Under the pieces are notes generated by a model. It saw only the letters and a program-made list of their open reading frames with translations. It did not search any database and was not told the origin of the DNA. This document shows positions 36,796 to 46,103 of a stretch of DNA of 64,000 nucleotides, piece after piece; position 1 is the first letter of the stretch, and each line of letters begins with the position of its first letter. The stretch lies in the sequence record PZ386978.1. One strand, written 5' to 3'. Source of the DNA: a phage. The translations under genes and the position numbers were made by a program.

Positions 36796-38773
36796 AGGTC
36801 GTAAATTGAAAGAGGCTGGTCAGTTTGTTGGTCATTGTGCATGTCCACGTTGTGGTTCATCAGATGCTGGTTCAATCTATCATCATGACGATGATTCTTA
36901 TTCGATGACTTGCTTTAGTTGTAACAAAGGTTTCCCAGAGTGGGATTTTGATAAAGGACAAATCGTGAGCACTTATTCTACTGGTTCAGACAATAAAAAC
37001 CGTACTTTCCGTGGAATGGATTTAGACGATGTGAAAGAAAACCTTGAAGCGATGGACTTGAAAGATAGGAAGATTCCTGCAAAAGTCCTTGAACGCTTAG
37101 GTATCAAGGTAGACATTGACAGTGATGGTGAAATTGATGCGCATTTCTATCCAACTTACAAACGTAATGAAGATGGTAAGCTAGAGCACGTCGGTTACCG
37201 TGTACGTCATCGTTATCCAGAAGACCATCCAAAAGAACACCTACGAGGTAAGTTAAAAGACTTCTCAGGTGGCGTTGGAGACATTAAAGGTGAACTGGCA
37301 ATGTTCGGTTCATGGATTGCTCCAGAAGGTGGTAACCGTCTATTCATCTGGGAAGGTGAGATGGAATGTGCGACAGCAATCTATATGACTTCTCTTGCGA
37401 TTAAGGACAAGTCTCGTCGTAAGAATTACTGTCACGTATCTGTTCCATCAGGTGCAAACATTAAGTCTATCAAAGACAACTATCAGTACATCACATCATT
37501 TGATGAGATTTACTTGTGCTTTGATAACGATGAAGCAGGTGCTAAAGCTACCAAAGAGGCTGCTGGTATCCTACCTATTGAGAAGGTTCGTTTATTCCAG
37601 TATCCAGAGGGTGTAAAAGACCTTAATGAATGGTGGACAAAGTTCTATAAAGAGAAAGATACAGTTCTGGAAGGATTTAAGCAGCGTATCTACAATGCAC
37701 CTCGTTACTGTCCTGCTGGTATCAAGAACTTCGCAGATGGTTTTGAGGCAATGAAGAATCGTGGTCAGATTCCATTGATTCCTTTCCCAGAATCTTTCGG
37801 AGATTTGAACAGACTGACTTATGGTGGTTATGGTCTAGGTGAGATTACAACTCTGGCAGCACCATCTTCAGTGGGTAAATCAGCATACACTCGTGAAATG
37901 ATTTACACAGCTTGGAAAGATACCGATTACAATATTGGTGTAATTCCTGTAGAAGATACCTATGAAGAGTTGATGGAGATGCTCTGTGCAATCCACCTAA
38001 GCAAGCAGATTTCTGAGATTCCTTATGACGAACGTGATTGGGATGAATTGAAGGAAGCACACGCAGAACTATCTAAAGGTCGTCGTATCCACATCGTAGA
38101 CCATCAAGGGGCAATTGACCAAGATAACTTGCTGGAGTTTGTTGACTATCTTGTTAATAGTTTAGACTGTAAGATTATTATTCTTGACCCTATTACGTTG
38201 GCTCTGTCACGTTCAGATACGGATGAAGAGGAAGTTTTGTCTGAGCTATTGCGTCGTTGCAAACGCTACCAGTATGCACAGGTAAACGTCTGTCACGTTC
38301 GTAAAAGTGCAGGTGGTCAGAAGGCTAACTCCGAAGGTGGAGATATCTCTGAAGAGGATATTAAAGGTTCTGGTGCGTATTTCCAGATTTCTATGAACAA
38401 CATCCTGTTAATGCGTAACAAAGTTGACCCAGACCCTGTTAAGAAAAACTTGACAAAAATCAAGCTAACTAAATGTCGTCGTCACGGTAAGTCAACGGGT
38501 ATTGCTGGTCATACTTGGTACAATCCAGATACAGGACGCCTCATCAAAGCATCTGGTTGCGGAGTTGACATTGATGGTGCAGCAGAAAATATTCGCCAAC
38601 AGTTTGGTATTGGTGAAGCTGAAGACCATTACGATGACTCTTTGCCACATTATGAGGATGAAGTATTTGACCGTGAGACTGGTGAAGTCTATACTGAAGA
38701 GCAGCGTCAAAGCTCAACGATTCCACCTGTATTAAGTGAGGATGCAGATGACTGCCCATTCGAAACTGAGTGA
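36782..38773 (+). CDS. Bifunctional DNA primase-helicase (T7 gp4-like)
   Basis: N-terminal zinc ribbon CACPRCG...CFSCNKG; TOPRIM-like FIWEGEMEC and YLCFDNDEAG; helicase Walker A LAAPSSVGKSA. Confidence 0.9.
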   Translation: MLMSKGRKLKEAGQFVGHCACPRCGSSDAGSIYHHDDDSYSMTCFSCNKGFPEWDFDKGQIVSTYSTGSDNKNRTFRGMDLDDVKENLEAMDLKDRKIPAKVLERLGIKVDIDSDGEIDAHFYPTYKRNEDGKLEHVGYRVRHRYPEDHPKEHLRGKLKDFSGGVGDIKGELAMFGSWIAPEGGNRLFIWEGEMECATAIYMTSLAIKDKSRRKNYCHVSVPSGANIKSIKDNYQYITSFDEIYLCFDNDEAGAKATKEAAGILPIEKVRLFQYPEGVKDLNEWWTKFYKEKDTVLEGFKQRIYNAPRYCPAGIKNFADGFEAMKNRGQIPLIPFPESFGDLNRLTYGGYGLGEITTLAAPSSVGKSAYTREMIYTAWKDTDYNIGVIPVEDTYEELMEMLCAIHLSKQISEIPYDERDWDELKEAHAELSKGRRIHIVDHQGAIDQDNLLEFVDYLVNSLDCKIIILDPITLALSRSDTDEEEVLSELLRRCKRYQYAQVNVCHVRKSAGGQKANSEGGDISEEDIKGSGAYFQISMNNILLMRNKVDPDPVKKNLTKIKLTKCRRHGKSTGIAGHTWYNPDTGRLIKASGCGVDIDGAAENIRQQFGIGEAEDHYDDSLPHYEDEVFDRETGEVYTEEQRQSSTIPPVLSEDADDCPFETE

Positions 38774-38843
38774 TAGTTATAAAAGAGAGGGGTTCACACC
38801 CTTCTTTGAAGAAAAAAGTTTAAATAAATTTCAGGAAGAGTGT

Positions 38844-38872
38844 TTGACAAAGGTTGATAGGTTCTATAGAAT
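38844..38872 (+). promoter_or_regulatory. Sigma70-like promoter candidate (TTGACA-17-TAGAAT)
   Basis: Hexamers read directly, just downstream of the primase-helicase stop. Confidence 0.45.
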
Positions 38873-39025
38873 GCTCTACATGAAATGTGATGGGGGTGTT
38901 GAGGTAGAAGAAAAGTTCCATCACAGTATTATTACAGTCACTATTACTATACCTCAGCATAATATTGGTTGGCTGTTTATAATTAAAGAAAATGTGTTTG
39001 AATATCAAGTATATCGGAGAATATC

Positions 39026-39175
39026 ATGAAACACTCTAAAGCATTTGAAAAAGTTTTTGGGGATTCCTTAAAAGCCACTGCTGGAAAACCAGCAAAATAC
39101 TATGAAGAGAAACGTGTAAGAACTGGAAAAACTGCACGTAAAGCAGCTTCTAAAGATAAGCACAACTTCCAGTAA
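39026..39175 (+). CDS. Small basic protein (49 aa), below the ORF-track length cutoff
   Basis: ATG with GGAGA ribosome-binding site 5 nt upstream; product MKHSKAFEKVFGDSLKATAGKPAKYYEEKRVRTGKTARKAASKDKHNFQ. Confidence 0.4.
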   Translation: MKHSKAFEKVFGDSLKATAGKPAKYYEEKRVRTGKTARKAASKDKHNFQ

Positions 39176-39182
39176 TTAGTAT

Positions 39183-39211
39183 TTGACAATAGAGTATCAA
39201 CAAATTAGAAT
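39183..39211 (+). promoter_or_regulatory. Sigma70-like promoter candidate (TTGACA-17-TAGAAT)
   Basis: Hexamers read directly, 37 bp upstream of the SSB-like gene. Confidence 0.5.
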
Positions 39212-39247
39212 TGGTACTCTTCATAAATTGAGATAGAGGTTTAAATA

Positions 39248-40105
39248 ATGTCTAAAGTTGTTAAAATGAAAGCTCCGGTAGAGAAGTACAATGGTACTGA
39301 ACGTCAAACTCTGCGTTACCTGCTGAAAGATGTCTGGTTTTATTACCTGAACACTTCACCACGTCCGGGAAAAGGTAAGTCTATTGATAAGAAATTCCCA
39401 GGAAAAGATTGTAACTACAGCGTATCAATTCTGGCAGAGGACGGTAACAAACTGTTTAAAGAGTTTACTAAGTCTAAGAAAAATCCAGAAGGCTGGGATA
39501 AAGTTACTACTGAAGCAGTTGATGCAGATGACTTCGAAGAGAAGTTTGGTTGTAAACCACCTTTTGAAGCAGACACTTACTACATCTTGAAAGTAAGTCG
39601 TGCAGCAGCTTATAAAGATGGTGCTGTATGGACAGCTAAACAGTCATTCCCTGTTATGCTTATTGAAGAAGTAAATGGTAAGCGTGTAGCTGTTAAACAG
39701 CCGATGAAGAAAATCAAAGCTCAAGCATCTGATAAACATGAAGATGACAAGAACTATGATGTAATTCATCCAGATATTGCAGTTGGTAACGGTTCTTTTG
39801 GTAGTGTGATTCTTTCTACTCACTTCTACACTTTTGAGAACAATGTTCTGACAAAACCTATTCAGGAGCAGTTTATCATTGATACTCTTGTGCCTTACAC
39901 TGGTGGTAATGGTACTAACGGTGAACCTGAACTGGATGAAGACGAACTGGCTATGCTTGGTCTTGATGGTGTCGAAGATAACGGTGAAATCACTGAAGAA
40001 GACGCAACAGACCATAAATCTTCGAATGATTCTGATGATGGCGATGACGAAGACTTGCCAGACCCAGATGACGAAGAAGATGAAGACTTCGATACAGAAG
40101 ACTAA
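39248..40105 (+). CDS. Single-stranded DNA-binding protein (T7 gp2.5-like) with acidic C-terminal tail
   Basis: 285 aa; strongly acidic C-terminus ...DDGDDEDLPDPDDEEDEDFDTED; sits between primase-helicase and exonuclease genes. Confidence 0.6.
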   Translation: MSKVVKMKAPVEKYNGTERQTLRYLLKDVWFYYLNTSPRPGKGKSIDKKFPGKDCNYSVSILAEDGNKLFKEFTKSKKNPEGWDKVTTEAVDADDFEEKFGCKPPFEADTYYILKVSRAAAYKDGAVWTAKQSFPVMLIEEVNGKRVAVKQPMKKIKAQASDKHEDDKNYDVIHPDIAVGNGSFGSVILSTHFYTFENNVLTKPIQEQFIIDTLVPYTGGNGTNGEPELDEDELAMLGLDGVEDNGEITEEDATDHKSSNDSDDGDDEDLPDPDDEEDEDFDTED

Positions 40106-40122
40106 TCTCTAAAAGTTACTTT

Positions 40123-40151
40123 AAAGCCCTGTACTTAGTATGGGGCTTTTT
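40123..40151 (+). terminator. Intrinsic terminator after the SSB-like gene
   Basis: Stem AAAGCCCT / GGGGCTTT, loop GTACTTAGTAT, then a T-run. Confidence 0.5.
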
Positions 40152-40167
40152 CATATGGAGAGCCATA

Positions 40168-41214
40168 ATGGAGAAGTACACATTAACAAAGCTTCCCGAT
40201 TCAGTTACACATGTTTTTATTGACTCTGACAGCATTGCCTATAAAGGTGCTTGTGTAGTTGAGAAAGCAAAATATAAATATGTCAATAAACTCACAGCAG
40301 AAGAATCTGATTCGTTTGATAATGCAAAAGATGCTGCAAGATGGTTAGCAGACCAGAGAATCCTTGTGGAAGAGCTTGGTCTGACATTTGATGAAGATGA
40401 ATGGGAAAGACAGACTTGGAAAGAAGCTAAGAGTGAAAAAGAAGCTATCATGGCTACTCAACAGGTGCTTCAGGAATGGCTTAAGGTTGTTGGTAAAGAA
40501 AGAACTTGGGTAGGTTATTTAACAGAGAAAGGTGTGCATAAACATAAAGACGTTAAAGGTCTTGAGCACCAATATCAAGGCAACCGTAAAGATGCTGTCA
40601 CACCAACACACCTAGTTGCTTGTCGTGAGTATCTTCTGTCAAGACCAGAGTTCAAACTAATTCTTGATGGGTTTGAAGCCGACTCTATCGTTATTGCTAA
40701 AGCTGAAAAGATGGGTAAAAAGGCTGCCTTAATGAGTATTGATAAAGACCTTCGCCAAGCTGAAGGAACTTACTGCATTGATATGACCTATGAAAAGTCA
40801 CCTTTGATTTTCATTGCTGATAACAACGTTGGTGAAATTTGGGATTGCCCAATAAAATCAACACCAAAAGCTAAGAAGACAGTTGGTGTAGGTTTTAAAT
40901 TCCTTTGTTATCAAGCTGTGGCTGGTGATAACGCGGATAATTATTTTGGTTTAAAGGGCGTTGGTAAGGCTACTGTAATGAAAGCCCTTGAAGGTAAAAC
41001 CACCTACAAAGAGTGTCTTGATGCAATTTATGAGCTTTATGCTAAGAAAGAGTCGTACACTTATGTCTCGTGGGATGGTCAAACAATTACCAGAACACCC
41101 TTAGAGTTAATGCAGCAACACTTTTTCTTAGCTTATCAGGAAAGAAACAAGAAAGACGATTTCACTTTTGATAAGTATGGGTGGACACCAAATGTTAACT
41201 CAACAAACTCTTAA
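40168..41214 (+). CDS. 5'-3' exonuclease / RNase H (FEN family)
   Basis: 348 aa; N-terminal VFIDSDSIAYK; helix-hairpin-helix-like GDNADNYFGLKGVGKATV. Confidence 0.75.
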   Translation: MEKYTLTKLPDSVTHVFIDSDSIAYKGACVVEKAKYKYVNKLTAEESDSFDNAKDAARWLADQRILVEELGLTFDEDEWERQTWKEAKSEKEAIMATQQVLQEWLKVVGKERTWVGYLTEKGVHKHKDVKGLEHQYQGNRKDAVTPTHLVACREYLLSRPEFKLILDGFEADSIVIAKAEKMGKKAALMSIDKDLRQAEGTYCIDMTYEKSPLIFIADNNVGEIWDCPIKSTPKAKKTVGVGFKFLCYQAVAGDNADNYFGLKGVGKATVMKALEGKTTYKECLDAIYELYAKKESYTYVSWDGQTITRTPLELMQQHFFLAYQERNKKDDFTFDKYGWTPNVNSTNS

Positions 41215-41692
41215 AGAGCACCTGCACTATGACCCCGAAACAGGGGTCTTTACTTGGTTAGTTGATAGAACAGGTAAGGCCAAAGCTGGCTCAGTAGCAG
41301 GTTTTAAACACCATAGCGGTTATATCTATATAAAACTCTTCGGAAAAAGATATGCAGCACACAGACTGGCATTCTTGTATATGAAAGGATACCTCCCAAA
41401 ATTTGTTGACCACAAGAATTGTATCAGACACGACAACTGGTTCGACAATTTGAGAGAGTGTAGCAGGTCAGACAACAACTGTAATGCAGTCAAAAGAAGA
41501 GATAATAAGTCTGGTGTGAAGGGTGTATATTACCACAAGCAAAGAGGTAGATGGGCTGCACAAGTTAAGCATAATAAAGTTTGCTACCATCTAGGCCTAT
41601 TTGACTCTGTTGCTGAGGCTGAAAAAGTTGTCAAAAAGAAAAGAGAAGAACTCCATAGAGAGTTTACAAATCACGGAGAAACTCATGAATGA
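41192..41692 (+). CDS. HNH homing endonuclease with AP2-like domain (paralogue of 31062..31590)
   Basis: MLTQQTLKEHLHYDPETGVFTW N-terminus; HNH segment HRLAFLYMKGYLPKFVDHKNCIRHDNWFDNL; AP2-like SGVKGVYYHKQRGRWAAQV; start trimmed to the ATG with a GGGTGGA ribosome-binding site. Confidence 0.8.
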   Translation: MLTQQTLKEHLHYDPETGVFTWLVDRTGKAKAGSVAGFKHHSGYIYIKLFGKRYAAHRLAFLYMKGYLPKFVDHKNCIRHDNWFDNLRECSRSDNNCNAVKRRDNKSGVKGVYYHKQRGRWAAQVKHNKVCYHLGLFDSVAEAEKVVKKKREELHREFTNHGETHE

Positions 41693-42189
41693 TTAAAGTT
41701 AAAGGTTTTGGGAGTTGCCCCACTTATGGTCACTGGATTTCACTATGTGGTGAAGTTGACCCAGCAAAGCACTTTGGTTTTGTCTACCTAGTGTACTGCA
41801 AAAAGACTGGACAGTACTATTTGGGTAAGAAGCAGCTTAACAGTGTGACCAAAAGAAAAGTTGCTGGGAAGACTCGGAAGAAGGTAGTCACTAAGGAGAG
41901 TGATTGGATGACTTACGAGACTTCTTCTGAGTATATTAAAAAAGATATTGATAGCTTTGGAAAAGAATTTTTTGACTTTTACATTATTCAAACCTACTAC
42001 ACAAAAGGTGGCCTAGTCTATGGTGAAGCAAACCTTCAACATAAATTCGATGTAATGACAAAAAGGATTGACTCGAAGCTCAGACTCTTCTACAATGCCA
42101 ATATTGCAGCAATTAAGTTTATTACTAAAGAAACTTATGAAGATGCTGAAAAAAGAATCCATAAGGTAATGAAAGCAAATTGTGCTTGA
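41689..42189 (+). CDS. GIY-YIG family endonuclease (candidate)
   Basis: 166 aa; N-terminal FGFVYLVYCKKTGQYYLGKK resembles the GIY-(10-11 aa)-YIG motif. Confidence 0.55.
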   Translation: MIKVKGFGSCPTYGHWISLCGEVDPAKHFGFVYLVYCKKTGQYYLGKKQLNSVTKRKVAGKTRKKVVTKESDWMTYETSSEYIKKDIDSFGKEFFDFYIIQTYYTKGGLVYGEANLQHKFDVMTKRIDSKLRLFYNANIAAIKFITKETYEDAEKRIHKVMKANCA

Positions 42190-42195
42190 TAACTA

Positions 42196-42459
42196 TTGAG
42201 AGAGAATAAAATGTTTAACAAAAGTAAAGCTGTGAGTCATGTAGCAAAAGTTGACAGCAAGATTGAAGAACTTGAGCGCATCCTTGCAAATGCTAGAGAG
42301 TCAATAATTAAAGAAGTTGAAGCTGTTGAGTCTCAAATGCAGCACCTAATGCTTAAACGTCAAGAGCTACGTGAGCATCTAGAATATATTGAAACACGAG
42401 AGCTAAAGGTTAACAAATATTTTAAGGAGTCCGAATGTTTAACTCAAGAGAATCAGTAA
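42196..42459 (+). CDS. Hypothetical coiled-coil protein
   Basis: 87 aa ORF. Confidence 0.4.
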   Translation: MRENKMFNKSKAVSHVAKVDSKIEELERILANARESIIKEVEAVESQMQHLMLKRQELREHLEYIETRELKVNKYFKESECLTQENQ

Positions 42460-43190
42460 AAAACTGGAACCTTCGTTGTGGAAACACTCAAAAGCAACCT
42501 TACAGTGATGAGTATTGGGAATCTTTAAAATCTCAATCTCTGTGTATGCTTGAAGAAGCAAAAGAGCTTGTAAAAGCAATTGAAGAGAAAGACCCCATTG
42601 AGACACTGGATGCTCAGGCAGATTTGCAATATGTTCTTGACGGCTTGATTTATCTGTCACAACATGACCATAACGGTGCTATGAAAGCTGTTTGCCATAA
42701 TAATGACCTGAAGTACACAGATGACTATGAAGAAGCTTTAAAACGTCTTGCAGACATTGAAAAGCGTACTGGTCAAGAGTGTATTATCAGAATGTCAGTA
42801 GTTGATGGTAAAGAGTGGTATGCTATTGTTCGTGCAGCCGATGGGAAGATTATGAAGCAATCAAATCTCCCTAAAGTACAGCTTGGTGAATACATTGTAG
42901 AACTTGAAAGCCAAGAACTTTTTGTGGTAGTATCTGAGACATGCGTTATCTGCAAAGGTATTGTAGGTAGCTTAAAGGATTTGGGTGTAGATGGTTTTGT
43001 AGAAGTTAATCCAATTACCTCTAAAGCAGATAAAGACTTCTGTAAAGAGAACGGACTATGGATTGCAGATATTGTCTACTATGATGGTGAGCAGTTCCAT
43101 GTAACCTCATACCCGAAACTGAATTATGATGCTAATAACCTGAAGTGCTGGTTAAAAGGGGTTGGTTATAATGGATTCACAGAACATTAA
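42435..43190 (+). CDS. MazG-like nucleotide pyrophosphohydrolase domain protein with unknown C-terminal domain
   Basis: 251 aa; N-terminal acidic helix pattern LEEAKELVKAIEEKDPIETLDAQADLQYVLDGL. Confidence 0.55.
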   Translation: MFNSRESVKNWNLRCGNTQKQPYSDEYWESLKSQSLCMLEEAKELVKAIEEKDPIETLDAQADLQYVLDGLIYLSQHDHNGAMKAVCHNNDLKYTDDYEEALKRLADIEKRTGQECIIRMSVVDGKEWYAIVRAADGKIMKQSNLPKVQLGEYIVELESQELFVVVSETCVICKGIVGSLKDLGVDGFVEVNPITSKADKDFCKENGLWIADIVYYDGEQFHVTSYPKLNYDANNLKCWLKGVGYNGFTEH

Positions 43191-43494
43191 TAAAGAGGGT
43201 GTGGCTCAGAAGAGCCACTTCTCAAACTACAATATTTCTATGACGGTGTTTATGAATGACCCGTTACTAGAAAAATATGGTGAGACTCCAGATACACTTC
43301 TGGACAATGAACAAGTTTTAAAAGCAGTCCTGTACAAATACGGGATTGATATTGAGAAAGAGTATTCTTTTGAAATCTGCCAACACAGAAACACTTTTGG
43401 TAAAGTTGTGATGGCTCCACTCTTTATGGGCGTAGAAAGGACTGACTATGGCTGGTTGTATCTGAAAAGAAACTTGGAGAAATACCGTGTCTAA
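43162..43494 (+). CDS. Hypothetical protein
   Basis: 110 aa ORF. Confidence 0.45.
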   Translation: MVIMDSQNINKEGVAQKSHFSNYNISMTVFMNDPLLEKYGETPDTLLDNEQVLKAVLYKYGIDIEKEYSFEICQHRNTFGKVVMAPLFMGVERTDYGWLYLKRNLEKYRV

Positions 43495-43822
43495 AGCAAA
43501 AAAGCTATCTTATGATGACATTATCTCAGGTGCTAAGTTAGGTGTTGATAGTATCGGACAAGATGTTAAGCACGGAGACACAGTCATGTACTGTGATGAC
43601 CGAAGAGGTAGAAGTGCAATCTTGTTTGGAAGAATTGTTTGCAAGATGAGAGGTAATTACGTTGTTGCAGACATGGATGTGAACGTTACACAAAAACTTG
43701 AAACAATTATGGATGCTAGCGCACCATCATGGTTCCTAAATTGTATGCACACCTCGTCAGTCACAAAAGTAAGTGATAAGTTTTACGATATGTGGCAGAA
43801 TGAGCAAATTTTCAAGATTTAA
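43487..43822 (+). CDS. Hypothetical protein
   Basis: 111 aa ORF followed by a UUCG terminator. Confidence 0.45.
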   Translation: MSKAKKLSYDDIISGAKLGVDSIGQDVKHGDTVMYCDDRRGRSAILFGRIVCKMRGNYVVADMDVNVTQKLETIMDASAPSWFLNCMHTSSVTKVSDKFYDMWQNEQIFKI

Positions 43823-43828
43823 ACTATG

Positions 43829-43850
43829 GAGCCTCTTCGGAGGCTCTTTT
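43829..43850 (+). terminator. Intrinsic terminator with UUCG tetraloop
   Basis: GAGCCTC-TTCG-GAGGCTC followed by TTTT. Confidence 0.7.
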
Positions 43851-43868
43851 CATCTGTAGGATTCAAAA

Positions 43869-46103
43869 ATGATTAAGACAATTAAAAAATCAAACGGTAC
43901 AGTAGTAAGCTTTGACCCAGAAAGACTGAACAAGTGGGCATCATGGGCAGATAAGCGTGGAATTATCTGGTCAGAAGTCACTATGGAAGCCATGAAACGT
44001 GTCTATGAAGGATGCACTACAAAAGAGATGCACCAAGCCATGATTGATGTTTGTGTTGATAAACAAACTCAAGAGTACTCAGACATGGCTGGACGGCTAC
44101 TTTTGGGTATTATCTACAAAGAAGCCTTTGGAGGCTTTACTAAGGTTCCTACACTGATTACCTTCGTTAAAAATATGGAGAGAGCAGGACTTTGGGAGAA
44201 GATGGACTATTCACAGGAAGAGCTTGAATACCTGCAAGGTTACATCGTACACTCAAAAGATATCTCTTACGGTTATGCAGTCTTGAAACAGTTCAGAGAC
44301 AAGTATGGTATCCGTGATATTAAAACGGGAAGACTTTTTGAGTCACCACAATTTATGTTTATGGGTATGGCTATGAAAGCTTTTGAGAAGCAACCAAAGC
44401 ACCGTAGACTGCAAGATGTTATCAAGCTGTACACTTACCTATCTGACCTGAAGATTAACGCTCCTACGCCTTATTTAAATGGTTTAAGAGCAACTAAATC
44501 AGGTTATGCGTCATGCTGTTTGATTAAGGCAAATGATACTGCTGAGTCTCTCGGTATTGCTGCAAAGGTTGCTTATGATATGACCACAAAGCAAGCTGGT
44601 ATCGGTATGCTGATGGAGACACGCACTATTGGTGATGGTATCCGTCAAAATACGATTGAGCACATGGGTAAACTGCCTTATTACAAGCTTGTACGTTCAT
44701 CTGTAGAGGCAAACAAACAGAAGAGCCGTGGTGGTTCAGCTAATAACTTCTACACTGCTCTAGACCCGCAGATTGAAGATTTACTGCGTTTGAAGCACCC
44801 TACAACGGTTCCTTCTAAACGTATTAATGAGATGGACTACTCATTCGGCACAAACGATTATTTCTGGCAGTGTGTTCAGTATGATACAGATTGGTTGCTA
44901 TTCTCTTACAAAGATGCACCAAAACTCTATGACATGTTCTACACAGCATCTGCTGATGAGTTTGCTATGGCAGTTGGTCACGCAGTACATTCAGGAGTTA
45001 AGCACAGACGAGTAAAGGCTCGTGAAATTGCTAAGCTGTTTATTCAACAGCGTTATGCTACAGGTCGTGTGTATCCATTCTTCACAAATAATGCGAACAC
45101 ACATACACCATTTAAAGAGCCTTTGAAGATGTCAAATCTTTGTATGGAAATTGTGTTGCCAGTGTATGGTTTTGAGAAAGAGACAGACCTTTACAGAGAC
45201 GATGCTGTGAAAGAGGATGGTGAGGTGGCTCTTTGCTTCCTAGCTAGTTTGGTTGCAGGGAGAATTTCAGAAGATGAATACGCTGACGTTGCTTATTATG
45301 CTCTTGCAATGGTTGACTCCGTTATTGACCTTATGGATTATCCGTATCCGTCGATGCGTAACCACGTTCAGAAGCGTCGTTCTGTTGGGATTGGCCTTAC
45401 AAATGTGGCTCATTACCTTGCGAAGAACTACGTGAACTACTCTTCACGAGCAGGTAAAACGAAACTTCATGAACTTGCAGAGATGCACTCTTACTACCTG
45501 CATGAAGCCTCTCTGAGACTTGCTAAAGAGCGTGGAGTTCCAGAGTACATGAAGTTCACTAAGTATCCTGAAGGGTGGGTTCCTCCAAAGACAGCTAACA
45601 AGAAGATTGATGAAAAGCATGATGCGAAACTACGATATGATTGGGATGACTTAGCACAACGTATCAAAGAGAATGGTGGAATCCGAAACTCTGTATTAGA
45701 AGCTTACATGCCTAATGAGAGTTCTTCACTAGCAACTAATACGACAAATGGCTTGTACCCAATTCGTGACTTTATTTTAACTAAAAAGTCTGCAACTGGT
45801 AACGTGCTGTTTATTGTTCCAGACTACGAAGAGTTGAAGTATGTCTATGAAATTGCTTGGGATATTGACACCTTTGATATGATTGACTGTTATGCAATTG
45901 TTCAAAAGTTCACTGGTCAAGCTATCTCTTCAGACTTCTATGTTGACTATTCAAAGTCTAAGAAGGTATCATTGGCTCAAGCTCTGAAGTACATGATTTA
46001 TGCCAACTCGGTAGGTATGAAAACCATGTACTACCTTAACAGTCGCATTGGTGTAGGTAAATCTGCACTGCAAGATGCTTATTGCGAGGGTTGTGGTGTT
46101 TAG
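43869..46103 (+). CDS. nrdA: Ribonucleotide reductase class I large subunit
   Basis: 744 aa; ATP-cone-like N-terminus; followed by the small subunit and a glutaredoxin. Confidence 0.9.
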   Translation: MIKTIKKSNGTVVSFDPERLNKWASWADKRGIIWSEVTMEAMKRVYEGCTTKEMHQAMIDVCVDKQTQEYSDMAGRLLLGIIYKEAFGGFTKVPTLITFVKNMERAGLWEKMDYSQEELEYLQGYIVHSKDISYGYAVLKQFRDKYGIRDIKTGRLFESPQFMFMGMAMKAFEKQPKHRRLQDVIKLYTYLSDLKINAPTPYLNGLRATKSGYASCCLIKANDTAESLGIAAKVAYDMTTKQAGIGMLMETRTIGDGIRQNTIEHMGKLPYYKLVRSSVEANKQKSRGGSANNFYTALDPQIEDLLRLKHPTTVPSKRINEMDYSFGTNDYFWQCVQYDTDWLLFSYKDAPKLYDMFYTASADEFAMAVGHAVHSGVKHRRVKAREIAKLFIQQRYATGRVYPFFTNNANTHTPFKEPLKMSNLCMEIVLPVYGFEKETDLYRDDAVKEDGEVALCFLASLVAGRISEDEYADVAYYALAMVDSVIDLMDYPYPSMRNHVQKRRSVGIGLTNVAHYLAKNYVNYSSRAGKTKLHELAEMHSYYLHEASLRLAKERGVPEYMKFTKYPEGWVPPKTANKKIDEKHDAKLRYDWDDLAQRIKENGGIRNSVLEAYMPNESSSLATNTTNGLYPIRDFILTKKSATGNVLFIVPDYEELKYVYEIAWDIDTFDMIDCYAIVQKFTGQAISSDFYVDYSKSKKVSLAQALKYMIYANSVGMKTMYYLNSRIGVGKSALQDAYCEGCGV

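Noticed and set aside
38736-39029. 97-aa track ORF overlapping the primase-helicase stop
   Set aside because: It spans a well-formed TTGACA-17-TAGAAT promoter and has no ribosome-binding site; the region more plausibly holds promoters plus the separate 49-aa ORF at 39026-39175.
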